DNA of 63,996 bases, filler included, from Circinaria calcarea (GCA_051942165.1; 5 parts of 5 records of this genome joined end to end with filler, not necessarily neighbours in it), one strand, 5' to 3'. Positions 39,073 through 51,588 are shown, counted from the first letter of the whole stretch. Notes: generated by a model from the sequence alone, not told the origin. A program made the numbers and translations.

Positions 39073-40090
39073 TCAAGAGAAAAGCGAATATGAACTTGGC
39101 ATCGAAGTCTCGTTTCCCAACCGAATCGGGTCTTCGGACTCCTGTTCCAGGTCCACATAGTAATAGATCCAGTAGGAGCAAAATAAAAACGTCGCACCCG
39201 CAGTGGCCGCAACTGCCAGGAAAACCACCGCAATCTTCTCGGAAGTCAGTGAGCTAACTCCTCCCAAGAGGGATTGGAGAGAATCGATGAAACAAGTGAG
39301 CACTTACGTTGTCATCAGCAGTCCACGTATCCCTTCTTATGAGCGGCGTGCATACATAGATTGTAAGCCCGGCCAGGAAAGAGCATACGGAGTAGGACAT
39401 GAACATTACGGGACACTGCCATGTAAACACCATCTTCCGGCTGGGTTTCCACAAACCGTCATCGCTTCCTTCAGGTCGAGAGTCTGTCGCAACCTTTGTC
39501 AACAACAAGGGGCGATAGCGCCGAACGTCTGCTTGAATCAACTGGGTATTCTCAGAGGCGTGGTAAGCCCCAAGCAGATCAAGCACTACTATTTGCTGCG
39601 CCGAGATCAGCAGCCCTAGGATCGAGAGTATGAGGCTGCAGTACCATAACGCGGAGGAGAGCCAATACGCATTGGGAACGGCGTTCCAGGAGAAGGCGCC
39701 AATAACGGCGGCGGCGAGGATAGCACACTAAGACATCTAGTTGGCAAGTGGAGAAGGTGGCCATAGGCTTGACAGGGGGTTCAGAAGTGAACAAGCTTAC
39801 GGCTATGGAGGTAAAATGCAATTCCGCGAGCTTACGCTTTCGCCACTGGAAGATGAGACCGTTGAGACGCAGTAGCTTGCTTGATGGATCAGACTGCGAA
39901 GCGCAGGCTGCTATACGTTTGATAGGACCTAGGGTGCTGAAATTGAAGAATCGGTAGTAGGGAAAGGTCCCTGTGCGAACGATAATTGTGAGGAAAGAGC
40001 CCGAAAGACGCTATTGTAATAGATCAGACGGATGTTTTTGTAACCATTAACATGAAGCACATCTCTTTCAAGCGCAGAAAAGGCATATGT
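39073..40090 (-). CDS. Uncharacterised membrane protein with about 4 TM helices; multi-exon
   Basis: Spliced reading FPYYRFFNFSTLGPI..WRKRKLAELHFTSIA|..AVIGAFSW..ALWYCSLILSILGLLISAQQ..MVFTWQCPVMFMSYSV.SFLAGLTIYV.TPL|IAVVFL..FLFCSYWIY. Start not resolved. Confidence 0.7.
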
Positions 40091-40937
40091 GTTGTACAAA
40101 TAGTCCAGCAAAAATGCACATACTTAGGAGGAATCGCAAGTAAAAGAGCTTCGTGCTGCTCGCCTGTCGTATCATGAAACGATAAATGAATGGTTGACCA
40201 AAGAGTAGATGTACCTTGGAAATCCTCCTGATCGTTGACAGGTATTTACTTGGCATGTTGGTCTGGGATGTAACCTCATCAGTATCAACGGCAAGGACTA
40301 TATCGCGCATGATATAAACGGAGTAGATGCATAGAGCAGCAGAGAGAGTCATGATTCAGTCGATTACCTATTCATAGAGGACTCTTTTCTCTGTCAACAC
40401 AAACATTCTATCCCCAGGCGGGATGTGCTCCACGTACGTTGCGCAGCCTGGTGTGGTCGAAGTCGAATATATCAGAGATACGACGGCAGGTAGCCCTCAG
40501 GATATAATGCATGCGCTGACTCAAGTGATATCAAGCTGTCTTGTGATGGTTACAGTAAGTGACAAGGCGCTGAAACTTGCGCTCGCTATCCTGTTTCGAG
40601 CAGAGACCCCAACAAACGTTAAAAGGCAAATCTACAAGGACACAGTCTCCCATGGCAGATTCAGTGTTGGTTGTGGATATCTCTAGCCGTTCTTCATCCA
40701 ATTACTGTCGCATTTTTCCAAGAACAAACTACTTAACTAGATTACACTCAATGACGCTTCGGAGTCTATGTATGATATCCATTCGGAGGACATCTCCTTC
40801 TTGTACCCCAGCAAAACCCCCATATCTAAGACTGAGCCTTGACGCCAGTATCACAACCTTTTATCTATAAGATAAGTACGACCTACCCAACAGAGATTGT
40901 CGTCCTATCCGTCCAGTTGAGAGCCCATAAGAGAAGC

Positions 40938-42866
40938 TCATGGCCCTCTCACTGGCTGGTAGCACCATTGCCTCCTGCACTCCCTTACCTCCTGCTTCAC
41001 ACGATCCTGCGTCATCCAGGAGTGGTACCGACTCAGATGATCTCGGAATTCATCACTGTTGAGGAACTCGTCCGTTTCGCACGTTCTGATCCGACATGTG
41101 AATCGGGCACAGGTGGCGTACCGTTCCCACCTTGCTCTATCAGACGTTCGAGCTCTCCGCAGTCTGACCAGCTCTTCGGCACAATCTTGGAATAGGCTAA
41201 CGGTGTCGGCTTTTCCAGCCCATGTGTAGAAAGCACGCTTAATCGTCGCGATAGTTTCCGATCCAGCAGCAGCTTTGGTAAGCATACCACGTTTTGGCTC
41301 CCACTCATCCATTTTAATTTTCAGACTCCCAGTATCATTCAATCGGTAGTAGGGAAAGTTATCGTGATGAGACTTGTCATCCATTTCACGGTGCATCACT
41401 TCAGGGTCAGTCGCACTCTGGACGAACCCCTTCAACCTCGGTATGATGGTTTGGAAGCCTTTATCCGGAGGTTGCTTATCCTGCCTGGCTGTTCCAATGC
41501 TCACTACGACCCCCATCGAACCCTTTCCATGTGCTTCCTCGATTTCCCGAGTTGCTTCCCTTGTAGGATTGTTGGAGGTGTTGAAGCCTCCATCGGTAAA
41601 GCGCATATACTCCGAAGATCGTGAGATCTTGATTTTTAACGGTTCAAAATAGAGAGGTGCCGCTGTGGCAGCTCGGGCGACCTCCCATACTTCGAAAACC
41701 TGAGCATTCTCGTAGTTTATGCTTCTGTTGAACCGTCTGTTATTCTCACGTCCTCCCACACTGAGCAGACCGGACTGTTGGGTATTGGATCGACTTGTAT
41801 GCATCGTCCCTTGACGCGTAGATTTCCTCGACTGATTTGGAGAGGTTCGCTGATTGTGATCGTACGAACGAATTAAGTAAGGCGTAGCCACAGCTTTCTG
41901 GTCCGACTGGGTCATTTCAGTGGTAACAAATCTATATATCGGTAAGCTTTTGTAACTTCATGCACCATTGCTGTGACAAAAGAAGTGGCAAACATGATAT
42001 CTGAGAAATCATCTATATAGATCATCTGATTCTCACAGTATCTAGGTCTGGAATAGATAATGTAATGGTCAAGGAGGGGAAATGATATACTAACATTTTG
42101 CATAAGCCTCGTTTCAAAGGAAATGTTATCTTTTCATGAGCTTGGCGCATCTGTTCAGTACGCCTCTCGGCGACATCTTTAAAAACCCTATCTAAATCTG
42201 CGGCTCTGTATTTTGTCCGGTTCCCTAATCCATGGCGCATCGTGTGCAATTTGCGTGGCTTTCCGAATACTTCTTGTCCAAGATTCTCATATTCAGAGAT
42301 ACAGTCCGGAACAGTCATACGAAATCTTCCTAACATAATTGCGATGAGTCTGCTAAGTTTATCAAACATTGTGCGTCGAAGAGGTATGATAAAGCTTACG
42401 CTCCAGTACTAGATCCACATATATAATCAAAATAATGACATGGAAGGTACCTCCGAGTGTTTGAATACGCGCGACGTCTTTCCTCGGGGGAGTTGGCCGC
42501 AGCATGTTTCCTCTTCTCTTCTTCAGTTGGAGGCGGAACCTGTAAAAGGTTTTCAGGCAGCTCCTCCGGCCAAAAGCTGTGATGAATCCCATCGTCGTAC
42601 TTCTCTTCGGCGACGGCGATGAATTCCATTAGTTTTTCGAGTGTAAGAAGACTCCAGTAGCCGCGGATTCCACCACCATCTGTGGGCCTTGGAATTAGAA
42701 AGATGCAAATATATGGGAAAGGTAGCAAACCTAGGCTGAGCAGATTGTACCGCTTCCATTCTGTGTTCTCTTCAGTAGTCTCTGGTTCCTCGTAGAGAGG
42801 GCCCACAATATCCTCCGCTTCGTTTCGTTGCGCAGTGTCATAGGCTTGGCGGTTCATTGGGTTCAA
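40938..42866 (-). CDS. Patatin-like phospholipase (iPLA2-gamma type) with C-terminal C2H2 zinc finger; multi-exon
   Basis: LLSL|DGGGIRG, PCHYFDYICGSSTG (GxSxG), ARAATAAPLYF, FTDGG..NNP, VSIGT, YYRLN; terminal CRIRTC..F..HL..H. Start uncertain. Confidence 0.9.
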
Positions 42867-43826
42867 AAGCGTGCCCTCTCTCGGATCCTATAGCAAACAA
42901 ATAGTAAATTGCCACGTCCTAGGGCCAAATCTCAATGGCTAGTAGAATCCTTCATATGAGGTAGACGTGGAGCCTACCGAGCGGTCTCATTTCGCGAGGA
43001 TTACCAGTATAGCAATGAGTGTATCAATATGTGGAAAACACGATTAAATCGCTTAGGATAAACGCCTACAACGTGAGACGCCTGAAGTCTATTTAGTCAA
43101 GAGACCTCCGGGGAATCGAGATGAATGGCGGCAAGGAGGCAGTAACAGATCCCACGTAGAAAAGGGGAGCTGGCTTTTTGACGCATGCTGCATGTAGAGG
43201 GGACAATTGAAGGAAGGCAAAGCCGACATAAGCAGTAGTCATGCACTATTGCGAGGCTGGACAATTTGAACAGGTAGGCAAAGATAGGACTGAGGAGTAA
43301 CGAGAAAACACTAGCAGAAAGGAAAAGGAACCAGGGTCCCAACAATACGCCCGAGGTGCGTTTGCAATGCATACCACAGGGGGCTGCCTCGAAGATCAGC
43401 GAGCCTTGAAATCTGCCTGGTTTAATGGACCTAAGATGTAAACAGCTGCAAAAGCAACGCCCGAATCGAATCGGGAAGGTGCCAATCCTCATCTTCTGGA
43501 TGGTTGATATTTATTCTCGCTCAAGCTATGTCGATACAAATAATCCGTTTCTGGTTTACCATACAACGCAGGTTAACCAACCCCGTATGCTATGTATTAG
43601 GTAATATTCTGTGACAGTCACTTCTTAAGACCATCTAAAATATTAATATCAGTCACACCCTGCTTGGCACCTCTTTAGAAATATTAAAATGATTACCATC
43701 GTGCGTAGGATCCGAGGGTAGCCATTAGAAGACTAGTAAATAGGTTGTTAAAGTTAGAAACCGGTGTAAGTTTTCATAGAGATGCTGTATGACCAATACC
43801 ATATTATTCATTCGATCATGACAAGG

Positions 43827-43856
43827 AAAATTCAGCAAAATTCAGCAAAATTCAGC
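43827..43856. repeat. Tandem repeat 3 x AAAATTCAGC
   Basis: Read directly. Confidence 0.85.
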
Positions 43857-44526
43857 TTCATTGGCCTGAGTGGTGCGGCACAATTGTACATGCCCTGCAT
43901 CCGGCCCTGGTAAATAGGAGCCTCACTCATGAAACTGAAGGGTTAATACAGCCTCGTGTTGACTGCTGTGTTGTCAGCGATCAACGTGACGTTCTGACCA
44001 CACCTCGCTTGTCGGCCATTCAAAACTGGTTGCAACCGCCGACCTGGTCTTGGCAACGTGGAATCCAGCCTTTTTGGCTGAGGCTGAGAATCGCCTTTCT
44101 CCGTCAAGGGGGCGGCGCAAGTCTACCTTCCTTAACATCGGATAATTTTCTTTCTTTTCTGGCCAACGAGGAGGCAAGTCTCTGTTCCTCAAAATGGCGA
44201 AGCGGCTTTTCCGGGCAAGAAAATGGCTTCTAATAGTCCTCAGCGCATATCTGTCGCAGAAATATGCAGTTGATCATTTGACAACAAGGTGGTGCTCTGA
44301 TAAGCTTGGCTTGTAGGGGCGGCAGCACAAATGGTTGGTTGGTTGGATATAAACGCTCCGCGGCCCTCACGCCTCCCCAATAACACCCCCAGTCATACGC
44401 CCCCATTATAAGTAATGCCGCTTCACCTCAATCCTCAAAAGTCAATGATCTTTACTTTCCCATGCATCTGCAATTACATTGTGATTTCCTAGCACGTCTT
44501 TCCGAACTGCAATTGTCCTATTATAC

Positions 44527-44982
44527 ATGGACGCCATTTCTGAGAATGAGGTTCCTACCAAAGCAGCAGAAGAATGCTCCCCTCACAAATATCAATTCCT
44601 GAAGCACCGGGGGAAGTCTGCAACGCCTCCTTTGATCCGAAGAGTTTTAGTCTACGATGATGACCAAAAAAGCGTGAAAATCACTAGCGAAAAGAAAGTT
44701 ATCAGCAGTAAGTTACTCGTATCTTTTGGATGTTCCCAACTAACCGTAGTCTCCTGGCCAGAACAAGATGAGTATCAGAAATTGCAGCTCCCCTCGCGGC
44801 AAAGCTCGGTCACTATCTTCGTCGACTCAGAGACTGAGTCCAAGCCAACTACGGAGACCACGACACCAGATGGGCACAGCAATGTTATGCTTGCGAAACT
44901 CTACCTCAACCGTTTGGGCGGTTGGGGTACGGTACTGCGAATCCTCGGTCAACTCTCAACAGTATACATAAAGATTACATAA
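44527..44982 (+). other. Possible small or decayed gene, unknown product
   Basis: ATG downstream of a pyrimidine-rich leader; good intron signals (GTAAGT..CTAAC..CAG, about 44707-44761); downstream frames hit several stops; no recognisable domain. Confidence 0.3.
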
Positions 44983-47392
44983 CTCGGGAGCGAGGCTCCG
45001 TCGATATCCGGCTCATGAAGCGTTGGTGGCAGACACCATAATGCAAAATAGCATATGCGGCTCTTGGAATTGGAGTACCCCGGCTTACATGAATGGAGGT
45101 GTGATTTAGGAATGTCGGCCAATCTAGGCCGTAGGTCAAAATGAGCGAGACAGGTGTATCCTCCATTGATTGGGTGAGAGTATAGAAAGTGCTGGCAATA
45201 CTTCAACGGTGAAGGTGAATTTGCAACTTTGTGGAGTTCTGAGGAATTATGTGTTATGAATACAATCTAGACTGTCCTAATTACTGTTTCCGTTGCCTAG
45301 CATAAACTCCGATGAGAACACTCTTAGTATAACTCAAATATGTTATTCAATAATCGAAAATGTGTTTAAACTAGCCGCCGTGAATCTAATACAGTAGCCA
45401 TCCGTCGTTATTGTATAAATAGTGGGCAAGGCCCTAATCATGTAAAAGGAGAAAAGAGCAACACGTAAGTAACGAAACTCAATAAACATACGCAATGGAA
45501 GTGATTTTATAGAAGCCGTAAGGTCTGCATTATAATTTACTCCCTCATCGGCACATAGTGACTTTAAACATATTCCTGCACATTTGAAGTCACACGGTGA
45601 CTGCGAAGGCACTCTACATTACTACAAGAGGCCCCCGCCTAGGGGCTCGAAGCCTTACAGCTGGGGACTCTAATAGCAGCACATGGCTACGGCTACGGTC
45701 ACGAGGCTGAGGAGGTACCAAACAGCCACCCGGTCATTGCGATTATGTGCCGGAAATCCAAGCTTCCAGAAACGCCTTCTTTGGGTTTGGGGGCTTGGGG
45801 TGGCAGCACTAGCGGTGCAGCAAAGCACATGGTACTCGGATGTCAGTGGTCAAACATGAGAGGCGAAACAATAAGTCATTATACCTGCAGGGGTTGAATC
45901 AAATTCTGTCACCGGGCGCCCCCCGCCCCCTCAAAAGAAACTTTGAGCATATAACCAGGATGCTGAAAGTCATATGAACAACTCAAAAAGAGGCGCATTA
46001 TTAGTCTCTGACACATGGTTATGACGGGTCCCATCAAGTGGCTAAACACTAGAATTGAGGCCCCCCTTTGACTTCCTACGAACAATAAGCCCCTGAACGC
46101 CTTCCCTGGGATTTTGGGGGTGGTAAAGACGGCGGGGCTAGCTGCTGCGGAAAAGAAGGCAAAACATGCTGGGGTATCAAGGGTTATATATACGAGACAA
46201 CCTGCTGGTTCCAGATTCTTCCGCAGTTTCCAGAAAGTCAGCGCTATCCATCAGGCTGAAGCTAACAGAATTGCCTTACTGTAACTTTTGCGGGGAGATG
46301 ATGCAAGGCTTCACTTACTTTGAAATGGAGAGACCCACCGACATTATGCACCATCCGATGATTGGATAGATAAGGCATCTGTTATCAGGACAGGAATAAT
46401 AACTTTTACCTTTCCTTCCCTACATTTGTCGATCTGCAGGTCATTTCGAGCAGTTTTGACGCCGGAAAGGCATGGTTTTTTGGCATATCATCGGTCTCCG
46501 CGACCCTCCATCCAATTCGAATTATTACCATTCGTTGTCACTTTCCTTCCTTCGGCCTTCTGCTTATCTCGGATCTTCGTCAGCGCTTCGAGGCTGTCCG
46601 ACTACAGCTCACCATTCCGCTGATCTTACCTTCGACTTCGAGGCTATCGAGCACTAAATTGCCTCAATTCATTGTCAGTACCTCAAACCTTCTCTCCCCT
46701 CTTCTTCCAAGGCTATCGAGTTCTGATGTACCTCAGCTCAAACGAACTCCGTTAGGCGCAGCACCTAGTCCGGCTTACATACAAACCCGGGCGTATTTCT
46801 AATTCCCATGCAATTGAGGGACGAAATGATAGCTGTCCTGTCCGGAGACTTGGAATATGCCCCTTTCTATGCATGTGTTTTTAAGGCGACTCTGGGAAAA
46901 GGAGTGAAGCCAGCCGCTGCTAGTAGACTTTGCATATCTGAGGTCCAAAGGTGAGCATACTTTCGAGAGACTGATATATACCCAGGGAACTCGCGATGGC
47001 TCCTTTTCGCTTATCCTGGGCTAGTACGGTAAAGCATAGCTTCGGACGGGCGCTTATTTCATCATTAAATATATAAAATATAGATCGGAGATAATCTATT
47101 CCTTCCACAGCATAAACCATTTTGATTGTCCGGTGAATTCACGATACAGAGAGTCTCACGTCCGAAACGAATTTCAACAATACAGAGCAGTGTGATATAG
47201 ACTGTTTCTCAAGATGCATCCACAATTGCACGTGAAGCCTATTGAGCATATTTGCTAATTCAGAACAATCTCGCTATGTTGAGTCTATTCGACCAACTTG
47301 ATCAGTTTGCGTCATTCTGTATTTGCATATCTAGCATGCGTTTGCTGATTGTCACATTGCCTGCTGGAACAACGGCCGTTATCTAGTGTTAG

Positions 47393-47614
47393 CAGGGCCG
47401 CCAGTAGTCCAGACAGTCCAGCTTAACAGTCCAAAACATATGTGGAAATTGCAGGCAAACAAGGCGTTGACTGGGGAACATATACGCACGTGCCAACTTC
47501 TGCTACGTGCATATATGTTTCCTAGTCAACGCCCTACTTGCCTGCAATTTCCACACATGTTTCGGACTGTTAAGCTGGACTGTCAGTCCACAGTCCGGAC
47601 TACTGGCGGCGCTG
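47393..47614. mobile_element. 222-bp fold-back MITE, hAT-type
   Basis: Roughly 100-bp imperfect inverted arms around a ~13-nt loop; CAG..CTG termini; exact 8-bp flanking duplication AGTGTTAG (47385-47392 and 47615-47622). Confidence 0.93.
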
Positions 47615-47765
47615 AGTGTTAGGCGTTTGCTGATAGCCACAGGCCCGTACTTGAAGAAGGTATACAAGCAAGTTGTGATCTCTCGAAACAGAGGAACAGC
47701 TCCACTCTTCTCTCGCTCCAAAAAAGAGGCAACGATTGCTAATTACAAGGACAAAATCGTCGGTA

Positions 47766-48302
47766 ATGGCTACTCCGGTAGACAATAACCGGAACGATAA
47801 TGATCCACCATCAGATCCAAGTATTAATCCTGCGCGGGTATTGACATATCCAGCCAACGGTACTCCTGCAAGATTCGCCAATTTTACACCGGTTTATACC
47901 AGTAACGAAGATCCCCAACTCACACACCTGACCCACTTTCCCGATTTCGGTGTGTGCTGGCGACCCGACGGTCTCATGGACAGCCGTTGCATGAAGTATA
48001 CCATTCAGAATCCGGATGGTTCACCGAAGAGTACAAGCTATGTCGCGTTCTGGTCCGTATCAAAGCAATTACCCCCGAACTCTTACAAAGCACGGCTTGA
48101 TCGGGGAACACCTTCCGCACACTCTACTGCAACTGGAGATATCTTCTTTGTGGAGCTGGAGAGCCCAGAACGAGATGAACAGGGCCGAACAAGATATAAA
48201 TTTCACCCAGAAGAGCTTCCTATGAGACACTGGTGTGATCGTCTTATAGCAAAGCTCGGCAGAGGCACGCTATGCGAGTTGATGGAGATCCCTAATGCAT
48301 AG
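47766..48302 (+). CDS. Hypothetical protein (possibly the last exon of a longer gene)
   Basis: Open frame with globular-protein composition (VLTYPANG..HFPDF..W..LPPN..GDIFFVEL..G..Y); acceptor CTAAT..AAG just upstream. Confidence 0.55.
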   Translation: MATPVDNNRNDNDPPSDPSINPARVLTYPANGTPARFANFTPVYTSNEDPQLTHLTHFPDFGVCWRPDGLMDSRCMKYTIQNPDGSPKSTSYVAFWSVSKQLPPNSYKARLDRGTPSAHSTATGDIFFVELESPERDEQGRTRYKFHPEELPMRHWCDRLIAKLGRGTLCELMEIPNA

Positions 48303-49125
48303 AAACTTCTAACAAGGTAAATTTCTGCACGAAGAGTAGACCACTTCTTCTGTACCTGGGAGGTATGTGAGTCTAGACTGACGAATGACATTCCTTGTAG
48401 ACTGCAATAAGTGGCATTCAACAGGGTCTGTCAAAAGCTTCCATGCGTCCGGGATACCTTGAGTCTTGACTTCAAAGGCCTGTTTATGATGCCAAGCTGT
48501 AGTGCACAGAAAGTGCTAATTCTTCTCCCGTGGCCTGAGATCCCACTGTGATGTTCACTTCGACTTAGTGATGTTCATATTCCGGGAGCATATGAGCCAT
48601 AGACTCGCGCTCGACCCCTTACTTATAGAGTACACGCCGTCATTAACACGGAGTTTGTCATTATCTTCCATTACCTTTGTTGCTCAAGCATATATCGCAG
48701 TGGCTCTACTATAGGAAAGCAAACCCTCCAAAGTTTAGTCTCTCCCTCCTCGCTTTTAGGTTTCTCGCATGAAAGTTTGTCACGCGTATAAGCCCCAAAC
48801 GATTTCTCTCCTCAACCATCCGATATTAACCGCCATCCCTCTCACACACGTACTATATTGAGAACACCTTCCCTCTCACATACCCCCATAGCACACTGTT
48901 TTAACTTCCCACTTCCTTCCCCGTCTAACTCGTCCCCTTTATGCGAGTAAGGCCAAAGGCAGCAATCCCACTGTATCTTCACAAGATTCTGGTCCGTGGC
49001 GCTCTAGAATAATAAATATTGAACTCCTAATTCAGCCGTCTCGTTCAGCAATCATATACATTAGAGTAAGACCAACTGCAACTATCATCCAATTGACTCT
49101 CCGGTAAGGCTTGGATCACGCGACC

Positions 49126-50221
49126 GTGCCATCTATTCTGACCAGGCAGCCCATCAAGGCGCTCTTCACCATCTATACAATCATCAAGGAGATCCCGCAT
49201 ATATCACTCTGTTGCGTCAAGTTCTTTCCCCAGAATTTACGTCAGCACCCCTCCTACACATACCGACAAGCTATCGGCGTCGCCTTGCTTCGTGCCTGGT
49301 TCTCTTACGCAAGCACTGTCGAGTTCCAATTTCCTTCATCTCTGGAGCCTGGCAAGGAAAAGGACCGCTGGGTTGTCATACCCCCTGCTTCTGAGGATGT
49401 GTACCGTAAGCCAGTCGTTGGCAGCTCCATCAAATCTGCTCCGCTCGGCGGAAGCTGGTATCCCCATGCTTACCGCGCTGACTTGGATACCTCGCAGCGA
49501 GTTGTCCTTCAATTTCACGGAAGGCCATTTGTCATGCTCGGAGCGCGTGATAGCGATGTGCAGACCGGGCAGAAGGTCATCGCTGAGGGTCTCCAGTCGA
49601 TCGCCTTCTTTCCGCAATATCGCCTCTCGTCATATGAGAACTGTACATTCCCCGCCGCCTTGCAAGATGCTGTAACGGCCTACAAGCACCTTCTCGACCA
49701 AGAGATCGCGGCCTCGCGAATCGTCTTTCCAGGCGACTTGGCTGGCAGTAATCTTGTCCTCGCTCTCCTATGCCACATTCAAGAGAACCCCGGGTGTTCT
49801 GCCACTACCGGCTGCGGCCTTACTGTGGAGTCCGTGGGTGGACATTGCCTATGGCCATGAGGAATTGAGCGTGCAGCGCAATGAAGGTGCCAATTGGGTG
49901 CCAACACGCGTGGTTGAATGGGGGGCAAGGTTGTACAGCGGCGATACGCCCAAAGATGACCCCTATCTTAGCCCTGCAAGACATCCATTCATGAGCGGTG
50001 TTCCAACCTTTGTGGCAGTTGGCACTAATGAAATCCTGTATGATAGTATCGGGAAGTTTGCAAAGGATATGTATGATGTGAAAGGAAATAGGGTGAGCTT
50101 GGTGGATATGAGCAACGCTCCACACGATACTATGTTCGCAGGCATACCGCTTGGCTTTGCAGACGAGGGGATGGAGGGTGCCAGCCAAACCATAAGATGG
50201 CTTGAGGAACAGCGCGAATAG
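49126..50221 (+). pseudogene. Alpha/beta hydrolase (Abhydrolase_3/HSL family) pseudogene
   Basis: Frameshift near 49790 between ORFs 49111-49860 and 49754-50221; HGGx motif reads HGRP; catalytic GDSAG reads GDLAG; GTG at the expected start; intact YRL, FPAALQDA, LWSPWVD, PYLSP and APHD. Confidence 0.85.
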
Positions 50222-50391
50222 CAGTCGAGTCCTAATATAGTTGGTGCTTGATTCAATTCTGATGACGTTTCCGCCGGAACCTCCGCCATTAATGTCATCT
50301 TTTCATTGCCCCCAAGAATCCCACTCGTATCTACTGCACCACACTACTCGCGTCGCTCAGAAATGCTTGGTCCGCCAATCGTACCATGGAG

Positions 50392-50895
50392 CTAGATTAG
50401 GGAATATACGTTCCTTGGTGTCTCGATAATGGCTTCCAGTACCATCCCCTTCAAACCGGGCTCCAACTTCTCCAATGTGTTCCCTGCCACCCCGCTCAAA
50501 AGCGCTCTCACGTGCCCGACACTTGCCTGCGGTAGAAGGACCGAGACTCTCTTGAAAGCCAGGTTCAAAAACGCAATTGCCAGCGAAATTGTCATGCCTC
50601 CGACCTGCGCTTGCGAGACGATGCCGTTGATCAGAGCAACCTCATTTGGCTTCGCCTTGATCTGGGAGATTGAAAATGGTAGCTGCATTGATGTGCCCCC
50701 ACCGATGCCGAGCAAGATGTTATAGCCGTAAAGGCGCGCAACTGACGTTGGTACGTGAACTGTACACATGAACGCCGCACCACAGACCATACTTCTTCGA
50801 TTTATACGGTCCGCGCTCCCTGAGGGCAATAAGCTAAGCCCTGTATGGTAGCGGCCAAGCGCAAAAGTTGCGGGCAGTGCGCAAGTCAATTCGTA
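50392..50895 (-). pseudogene. 3' fragment of a DHA2-type MFS efflux pump
   Basis: TSVARLYGYNILLGIGGG..Q..FS.SQ..AQVGGMTISLAIA..L..AI...VY. Motifs look degenerate; the upstream intron (CTAAC 50928-50924) is interrupted by a repeat element. Confidence 0.68.
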
Positions 50896-50932
50896 CTATT
50901 CGGAGACATCTCGAGCGAGATTGTTAGTTTTA

Positions 50933-51488
50933 GGGCCTGTTCGGCAACACCTGATTTTCGAAATCGATTTCGAGAATCGATTTTGGCAGAATCGATTTCC
51001 AAAATCGATTTTGGCAGATTTCGAAAGAGTGTTCGGTTGACGTGATTTCGAGCTGTGCGATTCTCCGCTTGTAAGGGTTAAATAATAGGCTAATCACTAG
51101 TAAATTTACCAATTTACATTGGGAAACACGAAGCAATATTACTTGGCTGAATAAAGGCCCTAAGTTTGTGTGTGCCTTTTCTAACTCTAGGGCTCTTCTG
51201 GCCTAAATTAGTGAGTGTGTTTAAAAGGGATAATTTCGCTGTCGTATTTTTTTTTATCAGCGTGAATGGCATGCGTAATTGTTTTTATAGACAATTAATC
51301 GATATATTATAAGCCAGATTAATACCCACTACCTATATAGCATAGAAGTCATCGATATTATCTATTTTATTATGTATTTCATCGTGTTTCTTAGCGCAAA
51401 ATCGATTTCGAAAATCTCGATAAATAGGTCCCGACCTATTTATGCCAAGGCACTAAATTTGGGTGTATTGGCGAAATCGATTTTGAAA
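50933..51488. mobile_element. PIF/Harbinger-like non-autonomous element (MITE); right end lost in the gap
   Basis: TTA followed by GGGCCTGTTCGG; clustered AATCGATTT palindromes at 50961-51012 and again at 51398-51488; the contig's last bases CGAAATCGATTTTGAAA are the near reverse complement of TTTCGAAATCGATTTCG in the left arm; AT-rich interior. Confidence 0.65.
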
Positions 51489-51588
51489 NNNNNNNNNNNN
51501 NNNNNNNNNNNNNNNNNNNNNNNNNNNNNNNNTTAATTAATTAANNNNNNNNNNNNNNNNNNNNNNNNNNNNNNNNNNNNNNNNNNNN
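51489..51588. other. Artificial contig linker
   Basis: 44 N + TTAATTAATTAA + 44 N. Confidence 0.97.
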
